From positions 86,118,001 through 86,182,000 of the forward strand of contig OX597824.1 in the NCBI GenBank assembly GCA_951406725.2: a stretch of DNA of 64,000 nucleotides. Direction: 5' to 3'. Numbering within the stretch: position 1 is the stretch's first letter; the number at the start of each line of letters is the position of its first letter. Positions 1 through 10,890 of the stretch are shown piece after piece. Below the pieces are notes generated by a model. The model made no database searches. It saw only the letters and a program-made list of their open reading frames with translations, and was not told where the DNA came from. A program made the translations under genes and the position numbers. The DNA comes from Octopus vulgaris. Its lineage: Eukaryota.

Positions 1-307
1 GTGTTACCCCACCCTCCACATTCACCAGATATTGCTCCTTCGGATTTCCACTTATTCAGGTCTCTGCAGAATAGTCTTAATGGTAAAAATTTCAATTCCT
101 TGGATGACGTAAAATGATACGTTGATGAATTCTTTGCCACAAAACCACCTCAATTCTGGGAAAAGGGTATTTTCAAGTTAAAGGAAAGATGGAAACGCAT
201 TGTGCAACAAAATGGTTCATATTTGGTTAATAAAAAATGTAATGGCAAGTATTTATTGACCTTTTGCTTTCCTTTAAAAATTGGCACCAACTTTACGGAC
301 AACCCAA
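1..307 (+). mobile_element. mariner relic, 3' end (same family as 19130-19696)
   Basis: Reads VLPHPP(H)SPDIAPSDFHLFRSLQNSL with later stops; ends in TIR ...ggacaacccaa followed by TA. Confidence 0.9.
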
Positions 308-727
308 TATATTGTTGTTGTTGCATGAGTAAGGTGCTAAAATCAGGGTCATTTTTTATTTAACTCCATTCAACTACATAACATCAATGGTAAGCTACTC
401 CTTTTTTTCTTGATTTGGGAGCTTTTGAATTCTGTGCTTTTGAAGGCAGTTCTCAGTCTCCTTGCTATCTGCGTACGACAGTGAACTCTGATGCAACCAC
501 ATCATAGTGCTTATCTTGCTTGCATGAAAATGAGACAAGAGAATTGGTATTGCAAATATCTAGTCCTATAGGTGCAAGCATGGTTGTGTGGTTTGGAAGT
601 TTGCTTTCCAACCACGTGGTCTTGAGTTCAGTCTTGCTGCACAGCACCTAAGGCAAGTGTATTCTTCTAATAGCTTCAGACTGACCAAAGCTTTGTGAGT
701 GGATTTGCTAGATGGATACTAGCAAAA

Positions 728-959
728 GGCGGCGAGCTGGCAGAAATGTTAGCACGCTGGGCAAAGTGCTTAGCGGTATTTCATCTGCCACTACGTTCTG
801 AGTTCAAATTCCGCTGAGGTCAACTTTGCCTTTCATCCTCTCAGGGTCGATAAATTAAGTACCAGTTACGCACTGGGGTCGATGTAATCGACTTAATCCG
901 TTTGTCTGTCCTTGTTTGTTCCCTCTATGTTTAGCCCCTTGTGGGCAATAAAGAAATAG
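728..959 (+). mobile_element. tRNA-derived SINE family A, full monomer (representative)
   Basis: A-box tggcagaa and B-box gagttcaaattc, central gcctttcatcc...gataaattaagtacc, tail aaagaaatag; nested in a family-B SINE. Other monomers or partials at about 14451-14600, 22192-22422, 26335-26560, 28742-28913, 33827-34054, 58472-58673 and 59242-59470, several with clear TSDs (e.g. gtatagtatggaatg, tcattgccagtac). Confidence 0.88.
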
Positions 960-1360
960 GAAACTAGCAAATGTGCATGCATATTTGTATGTTTGTGTAC
1001 ACATACCCTTCTCTTGACATCACATGATGGTTGTAAACAAGCTTTACCATCATAAAAAGCAATGTTGTTTATTTCCACTCATCCATGTGAAAACATGTCT
1101 GGCCATGGAGAAAGTTACCTTGCCCAGAAAGGGGTGAAAGTGACAGTTGTAGAAAATTTGCCTCAACAAATCCCATCTGACCCACACAAGCATGGAAAAG
1201 TGAATGTAAAATGGTGTGGAAGAAATGATATAACTAACTTTGATCCTTATCTAATCCCTTGATTTCTCATCTTCTCTGGATTTATTTCTTCATTCCATCT
1301 ACCCATCATCCTTTTCATCTTTAAAGTTTCAATCAGTTTCCTCTCTTTCTTTCTTTACAG

Positions 1361-1429
1361 CCAAAATGTGAGCGATATTGGCCTAAAGACAGTGAAGGCA
1401 AGTTATTTGGCAACATTGAAGTTAAATTG
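1361..1429 (+). CDS. PEST-family protein tyrosine phosphatase (PTPN12/18/22-like), first exon visible in the window (upstream exons lie outside)
   Basis: Acceptor ctctctttctttctttacag|, donor |gtaagt; 69 nt reading PKCERYWPKDSEGKLFGNIEVKL, containing the classical PTP KCxxYWP motif. Confidence 0.92.
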
Positions 1430-2657
1430 GTAAGTACTGTCTCCTCTATCTTGATTAAGGGAAATGGATTTATAATGGGAGGCAAGGTTCAAGATATCGG
1501 ATGAATATCGCCTTCTCCCATTAAAATTGTTCTTTGTGTTGTTTCAGGCTCCAGCAGGCGAGGAAAGAAGTCTTAAGTAAAAATGCAATTCACAACCAGT
1601 TTATTTACAAGTTACACAGAATAGATGAAGAGTGTTGCCCTCAGTATACCATCTCAAGCTGTGTGCGTCTCGTTGTATCTCAGTTAACGCGGGCCCATTG
1701 CCTCTGGAGATATGACATGTAGACAGGACTACCCTGGAGACCCAGCCAGCGAAGTGTGTCCAGCAAACGCTTGCAGTGAAGAAGAGATAGAATCTGTTTT
1801 GTTGGGCCCTTATATCCAGTTTGCAATCGCGAGCCTCGTTGTGATCTCGCACATGGCAAACGGATGCAGGTGAGGTCTCGCTCCTATCTCAGAGATGGCA
1901 ATGGTGGCTGCAAGATCTCATCCAATATGGCGCTGACTGCTTGTGCCGCTACAAGGGCTCCCCTCTGAGTACATCATCATCATCATCGTTCGCTTTCCTT
2001 GCTAGCATGGGTTGGACGATTTTGACCAAGGGCTGGCGAACCAGATGGCCGCACCAGGCTCCAATCTTGATTTGGCAGAGTTTCTACAGCTGGATGCCCT
2101 TCCTAACGCCAACCACTCCAAGAGTGTAGTAGGTGCTTTTTATGTGTCACCGGCACAGGGGCCAGTCAGGCGATACTGGCAATGACCTCGCTCAAATCTT
2201 TTTACACATGCCACCAGCACAGGTAGTGCGAAAACAGAATAATTGGAGCAGGCACAAGGAAGAGCAAAGATGGTGACTGATCGCAACCAACAAGATATGG
2301 TACCAAAATGTGACAAGTCAAATAGAAAAATAAGTGTAAAGATCTAAGCTCATTGACTCTTAACTATATGTTATCAGTAACATCACAACATTCATGTCAC
2401 TCTGTTGATGATATTGTCATTCTGATGATGATGATGATGATGATGATGATGCAGGTGTTGGTGATTTTCTTTTTTTTTTTTCCCCTTTAACATTGTCACA
2501 GAGCTACAGATTTGGCAGGAAAGTTTTAGTTAAAACATAGTAAAATGAAATCACACTCAGAATACATGTTTGTGTATGTATGTGTGTCTCTGTATGCACA
2601 TATGCACAGCGCTATGCGTGTGGCAAGCTTTCTACGGCCATATGTATATACATATAT

Positions 2658-2950
2658 GGAGGCGCAATGGCCCAGTGGTTAGGGCAGCGGACTCGCGGTT
2701 GGAAGATTGCTGTTTCAATTCCCAGACCAGGCGTTGTGTGTGTTTATTGAGCGGAAACACCTAAAAGCTCCACGAGGCTCCGGCAGGGGGTGGTGGCGAC
2801 CCCTGTTGTACTCTTTCGCCCTAAGTTTCTCTTACTCTCTCTTACTGTTTCTTGAGTAATGCTGCGATGGAGTGGCATCCCATCCACCTGGGGGGAACAC
2901 ATACGCCACAGAAACCAGGCCCATGAGCCTGGCTAGGCTTGAAAAGGGCG
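2658..2950 (+). mobile_element. tRNA-derived SINE family C (representative)
   Basis: ggaggcgcaatggcccagtggttagggcagcggactcgcgg...gtttcaattcccag (A and B boxes). Related copies at about 7960-8226(-), 11425-11772, 21349-21550, 23570-23730 and 30557-30912; more diverged at 3585-3890, 6235-6595(-) and 12403-12700. Confidence 0.82.
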
Positions 2951-3217
2951 ACGTTTATATACATATATATATATGTATGTATATATGTAGTGGTGTATGT
3001 GTATGTATATATGTATGTGTGCGTTTGTCTCTGCCTGATCTTTTCTCTCACTGAATGTGTAACTCTGTGTCTTTCTATGTTTATGGTGTACATCAGGTAA
3101 GTACACACCTGTATGAATTCTACAACTGTTACAGGTGCAGCCAAGCAAATTTCTACATGTAGACATTCACCAAAGGCTCACAGCCCCTTCATCTTGTTGT
3201 TGTTTGTTAATCCTCAG

Positions 3218-3426
3218 ATCAATGAAATCAAGCACTCATCCGACTTCATTGTGCGCCAGATGACCGCTACCCAAGGGGACACTGTACAACATATCACCCA
3301 ACTTCATCTCGCTGAATGGCCTGACCATGGTGTGCCAGATGTCGAGGACCAAACTTCTATCTTGCAGACCATCCAGATGTTAGGAGAACGAGTGAGGCCA
3401 CATGTTCCAGTGGTTGTCCATTGCAG
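3218..3426 (+). CDS. PTP exon: WPD loop and start of catalytic signature
   Basis: tcctcag|atc ... tgcag|gtaa; encodes INEIKHSSDFIVRQ...EWPDHGVP...PVVVHC(S); ends in phase 2. Confidence 0.95.
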
Positions 3427-4285
3427 GTAACTGATATTTATTCAACTTCCATGTGCCAGTGATCAAAACACACAGGTATTTTGGCTTGAAAAGTAACCCC
3501 TTTTACTGAGGTTTAAAACGCAACACCTGTTGACAAATCCTTGAATGAAACCACAGTTGGTGGGGCCCTAAACTGTAACCATGGGGGCACATGGTTTAGT
3601 GGTTAGGGTGTTGGGCTCATGATTGTAAGATTGTGGTTTCAATTCCTGGATGGACTGGGGCAATGAATTGTGTTCTTGAGCAAAACACTTTATTTCACGT
3701 TGTTCCAGTCCACTCAGCTGTAGAAATGAGTACCACTAGTGGAGGCGTGTCACTTAGTGGTCAGGGTGTAGGACTCATGATTGTAAGATTCTGGTTTTGA
3801 TCCCTGGACCGGGCAATCCATTGTGTTCTTGAGCAAAACACTTCATTTCACGTTGCTCCAGTCCACTCAGCTGCAGAAATGGAGAAATTTAGCCTGGAGA
3901 GGGATGGGCACCGTCAGGCTTTCTCACTCTAAATACGTTGCATGGCTGAAGCCCCACAAAGACCTCTAAGGGATTTAGGGACTTACCAATTGCAAAATTG
4001 CAACCCCTGTTGTTAATACTTCTTTGAGAGACATTCCTGAAATCCAAAACTTCTAAGGTGAACTCTGAAATTTACCTTTTCGGTGGAGCTTGTAAAATTA
4101 AGCTCTGTTTGTGGAGGATATAAAGTTAACCCAGTTAATGAGGGAATGAAAAGGCCACCTTGAAGTTGGGGTTCTCAGATTACTTGCTCTTTGTTTTTTT
4201 GTATTTTTCTTTTAACTAGGAAATAATTTAAAGGGGTTAATGATAGTAATATTAACTTGACATGTGAATGACTGAAAGAGATTAA

Positions 4286-4505
4286 CCCTTTCGTTACTGA
4301 CCCGGCTGAAACTGCCTCTGGCTCTGAGTACAAATGTCTTGTTTTCATAAGTTTTGAATAAAAATCTTCCACCAAACCTTAGTCACAATGTACGTTCCTA
4401 ACACTAGCTTAATGGTAACTAAGTTATTTTGCTAAATATTTTGTTATATTTAAAGTAATTGAAAGAAGCACAGAGAATCTTAAAACAAATACAGTAATGA
4501 AAGGG
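4286..4505. mobile_element. piggyBac-type MITE
   Basis: TTAA on both sides; 14-bp TIR ccctttc(g/a)ttactg. Confidence 0.85.
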
Positions 4506-4653
4506 TTAAAAGACATGATGATGTATGAAGTATATCTATCTTTCTGTTCTTTGACACTTTCTTCTTCCTCCTTTTCTTCACTTAAAATGCTGTTCCTATG
4601 ATATGTAGTCTACAGTGACTTTGATCCGTGCTTTCTCTCTTTCTTGCCTTTAG

Positions 4654-4720
4654 TGCTGGCTGTGGACGAACTGGAACTATTTGTGCCATAGATTTTGCTC
4701 AGAATCTGCTGAAATCAAAT
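4654..4720 (+). CDS. PTP exon: P-loop
   Basis: ttgcctttag|t gct ggc ... aat|gtgagt; completes HCSAGCGRTGTICAIDF, the PEST-subfamily form of the signature; phase 2 matches the previous exon. Confidence 0.95.
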
Positions 4721-5528
4721 GTGAGTATTAAAAATTTTGATATCTTTGGTACACTCTTTTTATTTACTCTTAGAAAATTTTGTTCAGCTGACACAGGAAT
4801 CGTAAATAACTCAGTAGGAGAGGCTGCATCATCATCATCATCGTTACGTTCTGAGTTCAAATTCCGCCGAGGTCGACTTTGCCTTTCATCCTTTCGTGGT
4901 CGATTAAATAAGTACCAGTTATGCACTGGGGTTGATGTAATCGACTTAATCCGTTTGTCTGTCCTTGATTGTCCTCTCTGTGTAGCCCCTTGTGGGTAGT
5001 AAAGAAATAGGTATTTAGTCTGCCGTTACGTTCTGAGTTCAAATTCCGATCAAATAAGTACCAGTTACGCACTGGGGTCGATATAATCGACTTAATCCCT
5101 GCCTGTCCTTGTTTGTCTCCTCTATGTTTAGCCCCCCTGTGGGCAACAAAGAAATAAATAGTTAACCATGAAGAGCAGAGGTCATTATAGCAATGACTGT
5201 AGAAAAAGCAGTGAGAAAATAGCACACTTATTGCAGACCAGAAATTGAAGTATGTTGGACTGCAAATTTATACAAGTAGGTCAATTGACTTTTTAAAACT
5301 GGATTTTATCCATAAAATCTATGACTCTTGTTAATAATAATAATAATGTGTCTTCTCAAATTCACAGCTAGTTATATAGTGCCCTATTAAATTAGTCATC
5401 CGTGTTCTTTCTATTAGTATTGCTACTATCAAAGTCAACAATCTTGCAGAATTGTTGCCATGCTGGACTAAATGCATAGCAACATTTCTTGTGGCTTTGT
5501 TTGAGGTTAACTTTGATAAAATGAGTAC

Positions 5529-5941
5529 CTATTTCTTTACTACCCACAAGGGGCTAAACACAGAGGGGACAAACAAGGACAGACAAATGGATTAAGTCAA
5601 TTACATCGACCCCCAGTGTGTAACTGGTACTTAATTTATCGACCCCGAAAGGATGAAAGGCAAAGTCGACCTCGGAAGAATTTGAACTCAGAACATAATG
5701 GCAGACGAAATACCTATTTCTTTACTACCCACAAGGGGCTAAACACAGAGAGGACAAACGAGGTCAAACGGATTAAGTTGATTATATCGACCCCAGTGCA
5801 TAACTGGTACTTAATTTATCAACCCCGTAAGGATGAAAGGCAAAGCCGACCTCAGCGGAATTTGAACTCAGAACGTAACAGCAGACGAAATACGGCTACG
5901 TATTTCGCCCGGCATGCTAACGTTTCTGCCAGCTCGCCGCC
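5529..5941 (-). mobile_element. SINE family A partial dimer (representative)
   Basis: Head-body-tail-body-tail, flanked by TSD tgataaaat(g/a)agtac. Similar dimers at about 4842-5160, 20490-20897, 22903-23296, 34549-34964, 47638-48030 and 52315-52720. Confidence 0.88.
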
Positions 5942-6116
5942 TTATGATAAAATAAGTACCATTGGAGTCCATGTAATTGATTTTCCCCCGCCTCCCAACA
6001 GGCTTCATGCCTATAGAAGAAAGAAAAAAGATATTACTTTTATTTCAGTGTCGTAAAGTGGAACTATTTTGTCTGAAATTCTCCATCAGTTTTACATTTT
6101 TATTGTGTCTTTGCAG

Positions 6117-6194
6117 AAAATCACTCCAGACTTTAGCCTTTGTGAAATTATTAAATTTATGAGAACCCAGCGACAGTCAATGGTTCAAACTCCT
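6117..6194 (+). CDS. PTP exon: Q-loop
   Basis: tctttgcag|aaa ... cct|gtaagt; KITPDFSLCEIIKFMRTQRQSMVQTP. Confidence 0.93.
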
Positions 6195-7309
6195 GTAAGT
6201 ATCTTTCTGATATTAATGTTACTGCATCGAGCATCATTGCTCTGTCTGAGGCAGTCTACCGCCTCACTCTGGCACTTCATTGGTTGTGACAATGATGAGC
6301 GTTCCAGTTGATCCAATCAACAGAATAGCCAGCTTGTGAAATTAACATGCAAGTGGCTGAGTATTCCACAGACGTGCATACCCTTAACATATATCTCAGG
6401 GAGATTCAGTGTGACACAGAATGTGACAAGGCTGGCCCTTTGAGTTACCGGTACAGTTCCTTTTTGCCAGCTGAGTGAACTGGAGCAACAAGAAATAAAG
6501 TGTCTTGCTCAAGGGCACAGCATACCACCAGGAATTGAACTCATGATCATTATGATCGTGAGCCAAATACCCTAACCATTAGCCACATATCTTCACTGAC
6601 TGACATCATATTATATGAGATAATCTTCTGCATTTAACATCATTATCATCATCATTTAACACCTGCTTTCCATGCTAGTACGGGTTGTACGATTTGACTG
6701 AGGACTGGCAAACCAGATGGCTGCACCAGGCTCCAATCTGATCTGGCAGAATTTCTACACCTGGATGCTCTTCCTAACGCCAACCACTCCAAGAGGGCCA
6801 GTCAGTACTGGTAACAGCCACGCTCAAATGGTGTTTTTTACGTGCCAGCTACACAGGAGCCAGTCCACCAGCACTGGCAACAACCTCGCTCAAATGTTTT
6901 TTCACATGCCAGTAAGGCGACGCTGGTAACGATCACGCTCGAATGGTGCTTTTTACGTGCCACCGGCTTGGAAGCCAGTTAGCCACTCTGGCAATGATCA
7001 CGCTCGGATGGTGCTCTTAGCACTCCATTAGCACAGATGCCAGTCATCGAATTTGATTTTGATTTCAACTTCACTTGCCTCAACAGGTCTTCACAAGCAG
7101 AGTTTAGTGTCCAATGAAGGAAAGGTACACATATGTGGGCTGGTTACACCCATGGCGTAGGCCACGAGGTTATGGTCTCATTTGGCTTCTCCTGCATTTA
7201 ACACCATATACCTGTGATAATCTCCTGCATTTAACATCATGTATCTGTGATAATCTCTTGCATTTACCAGAGGTGTTCTTACCTGTGCATTTTGCTCTTC
7301 TCTTCACAG

Positions 7310-7447
7310 GATCAATACCAACTCGCACATTATGTGGTGCGGCAAATTTTCAAGAACCATTTGAAAGGGATGGGAATCAGTCACTACGAAAATATAAATG
7401 TCTACGAGACCATCAGCATGTCCAAGTCCAGTGATCTTGATGACCCT
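7310..7447 (+). CDS. PTP exon: end of catalytic domain and start of tail
   Basis: tcttcacag|gat ... cct|gtaagt; DQYQLAHYVVRQIFKNHLKGMGISHYENINVYETISMSKSSDLDDP. Confidence 0.92.
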
Positions 7448-8428
7448 GTAAGTTGTTTAATGGATTTTGTTGTTGTTTTTCTTGATATTAAGGTTTTATG
7501 TTATAGATCAGTGGTTCTTAACCATTCTTTGTGTCTGGATATTTTTGACTCCTATTTTATTCCACTGGACCCCCATGTTAGAACAAAAAATTATCATAGG
7601 TGCAGGAGTGGCACCACATGTTTCTGGGTTCAGTTCCACTGCGTGGCACCTTGGGCAAGTGTCTTCTACTATAGCCTCAGGCCAACCAAAGCCTTATGAG
7701 TGAATTTGGTAGATGGAAACTGAAAGAAGCCCATCTACCATATATATATATGTATGTGTGTGTGTATATGTTTGTGTATCAGTGTTTATCCCCCCAACAT
7801 CACTTGACAGCCGATGCTGGTGCGTTTACATCCCCGTAACTTAGCAGTTCAGCAAAAGGGACCGATAGAAAACGTACTAGGCTTACAAAGAATAAGTCCT
7901 GAGGTCGATTTGCTCAACTAAAGGCAGTGCTCTAGTATGGCCACAGTCAAATGACTGAAACGGTTTCTGTGGCGTATGTGTTCCCTCCCCTCCACCAGCT
8001 GGACGGGACGCCAGTCCATCGCAGCATTACTCAAGAAACAGAAAGAAAGAGAGAGAGAAAGTTGGGGCGAAAGAGTACATCAGGGGTCACTACCACCCCC
8101 TGCCAGAGCCTCGTGAAGCTTTAGGTGTTTTCACTCAATAAACACACACAACGCCCGGTCTGGGAATCGAAACCGTGATCCTCCGACCGCGAGTCCGCTG
8201 CCCTAACCACTGGGCCATTGCACCTCCCATTTCCATGTATACTATACATATATATATAATTTCTGCATGCATTATATATCATTTCTGTGCATTATATATA
8301 TATATATATATACACATATATATATATATATCCTCTCTTTCATACTCTACCCTATATCTTGACTACATTAATGACAATTATTGTAAATGAAGGTTCTCTT
8401 CTAATTATGATTTTTCTTCTTTTTTCAG

Positions 8429-8450
8429 GGATATGAAAACATCTCAGTTG
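8429..8450 (+). CDS. PTP 22-nt microexon (GYENISV)
   Basis: tttttcttcttttttcag|gga...gttg|gtaaat; supplies the phase 0-to-1 change needed to join 7447 to 9911. Confidence 0.78.
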
Positions 8451-8472
8451 GTAAATGTTTAACCTATTTAAT

Positions 8473-8529
<57 letters not shown>

Positions 8530-8830
8530 CAGTTGTTTCACTTATCTCTGTTTCTGACAACACCCTGTTCATATTTCAATGTTCAGCATACATTCAGAGG
8601 GAAACTGGCTTCAGCCAAAGATCGTGACCATCACACAAGCTTAGATAACCAAGAAGTTCAGCTTCTACTCTTCAATGCTCACTACATTGATAATTAATTA
8701 AATCCTGCTACTAAAACCTGCTATTTCATAACAATGATGGTCTCTCAGTTACAACTGTTGTTGATTTATATTAAAAAAGACCTCAGTCACAGGCAACATT
8801 ACAGAAGTTCTTTCTATTAACCCTTAACAT

Positions 8831-9655
8831 TATCATCATCATCATCCTCGTTTAACGTCCACTTTCCATGCTAGCATGGGTTGGACGATTTGACTGAGGT
8901 CTGGCGAACCAGATGGCTGCACCAGGCTCCAATCTGATCTGGCAGGGTTTCTACAGCTGGATGCCCTTCCTAACGCCAACCACTCTGAGAGTGTAGTGGG
9001 TGCTTTTACATGCCACCGGCACGAGGGCCTGTCAGGCAGTACTGGCAACGGCCACGAAAAAGTCGTGTTTTTTTACATGTCACCTGCACATCGGCACAAG
9101 TGCCAGTAAGGCGACACTGGTCATGATCACGCTCGAATCATGCTTTTTATGTGCCACCTGCACAGGAGCCAGTCTAGCGGCACTGGCAACAACCTCGCCC
9201 GAATGTTTTTTCACATGTCACCAGCACAAGTGCCAGTAAGGCGACGTGGGTAACAATCATGCTTGAATGGTGTTTTTACGTACCATTGGCACAGAGGCCA
9301 GCTTGTTGCTCTGGCAACGATCACACGCATATGGTACCCTTAGCGCTCCACTAGCATGGATGCCAGTCATCGAATTTGATTTCGATCTCACTTGCCTCAA
9401 CAGGTCTTCGCAAGCAGAGTTTAGTGTCCAATGAAGGAAAGGTACGCATAAGTGGGCTGGTTACACCCCTGGCATAGGCCACAAGGTTATGGTCTCACTT
9501 GCGCTTGCCGAGTCTTCTCAAGCACAGCATATTTCCAATGTTCGAAGGTCATGCTTCACCACCTCATCCCAGATCTTCCTGGGTCTACCTCTTCCACAGG
9601 TTCCCTCAACCGCTAGGGTGTGGCACTTTTTCACACAGCTATCCACATTCACATC
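8831..9655 (-). mobile_element. RTE-clade LINE 3' end with internally repetitive 3'UTR and (TGA)n tail
   Basis: Minus strand near 9640-9540 reads CVKKCHTLAVEGTCGRGRPRKIWDEVVKHDL (RTE C-terminal GRPxxxW). Shorter copies of the same end lie at about 1972-2223, 6640-7187, 15300-15515, 18885-19106, 26170-26778, 31700-32010, 48917-49100, 49371-49770, 50255-50420, 51770-52155, 52835-52985, 53575-54000 and 62500-62657. Confidence 0.82.
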
Positions 9656-9910
9656 CACATCCATTAGAATATGTCCACATCCATATCTTAGAATATAATA
9701 TATACTGTATTTTTTTACATAGAACTCAACATAGTATATAACAAATGTTTGGACCTTTAGAATTGTTTGGGTATATAAGTTGACTGATCCTTTTTGGCTG
9801 TAAGTTTTGGTCTGAAAAGTTTGACTTGTTCACAGGGAAATATAATAGTATATAATTGTCATGAATCTTCCATTGTTTTCACTCATGCAGTTTATTTTCT
9901 TTGTATTTAG

Positions 9911-10594
9911 AAAATTCCATTTCGACATTTCCTGTTTATGAAAGCAAACCCCGCCAAGAAACACCCCTGCCACCTGAGAGGAAAAAGAAGCCAGAAACCC
10001 TAACTGTAACCCCTGAACAATGTACCTCGAATAGTTTATCACCTGTTGAAATGTCCCCACAAAATCTCTCACCAACCCAAAGAACTCCCAGCCCTGCACT
10101 TTATTCAAATTCCCTGACTTGCAGACCAGTCACTCCAATTGAGCAAGAATGGAAGGTCACTTCAAGCGGGATATATTCTAATGTAAATAATACTTCCGAA
10201 GATACCAAGAAATTTGTGACATGCATATCAGCTGGCAATCAAGAAGAGGATGAAAACTTATCTTCACAAGACACAATTTCCAACCTTGACAGACATGTGA
10301 TCCCAACTAAAGCACCACCAGTTTCACCTAGATATGACCACCTTCAGTTTAACGGCAATAATTCTCGGTCACCCTACCAAGAATTAACACCATGTCCAAA
10401 AGGAGCAGCTGCCCTGATGAATTCTGAAATGCCATCCTCCAAGGCAAAGTCTTTGACGATGTCTGGTCATGGTAAGGCAGATAATACTAAAAACAACGAT
10501 GATCATGTTTATTCTGTTGTGAGCAAATCTCACATGAGAAGTCTTTCTGAATCCGATAAAACTTACTGTGAAATCTCTGCCATGAAAAGCCCAG
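9911..10594 (+). CDS. PTP large PEST/Pro/Tyr-rich tail exon
   Basis: ttgtatttag|aa ... ccag|gtaagt; 684 nt open, inside ORF 9901-10791; contains TPLPPERK, PPVSPR and several Tyr motifs. Confidence 0.88.
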
Positions 10595-10857
10595 GTAAGT
10601 TAATGATGACATTTTCAAACATTTTTTTTTTGGCTCATTTTCTTAAATATTTTGCCATTTTAATATTTAAACAAAAAGTACCATATGATTTACTACAGGT
10701 GCAAGCGTGGATGTGTGCCAAGTATTCTTGCAGACAACATGGTTCCAGGTTCAGTGCATGGCACACCTTGGGCAGGTGTCTGCTACTATAGCTTTGGGCT
10801 AACAAAAGCCTTGTGAATAGATTCCACAGACAAAAACTGAAAAAAGCCCATTGTATA

Positions 10858-10890
<33 letters not shown>

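Noticed and set aside
1550-1970. GC-richer segment in a PTP intron as an extra exon or gene
   Set aside because: Not needed for the PTP frame and no recognisable motif; probably a decayed retroelement piece that I cannot classify.
2658-2735. tRNA gene (also the other A/B-box heads)
   Set aside because: The tRNA-like heads continue into shared SINE bodies, occur in many decayed copies and show no convincing acceptor stem.
5529-5941. SINE-A tandem units as hammerhead retrozymes
   Set aside because: No CUGANGA...GAAA core was found on either strand of the unit.
5616-6056. Recurrent ORFs containing NWYLIYRPRKDERQSRP as a peptide family
   Set aside because: They are antisense translations of SINE-A copies.
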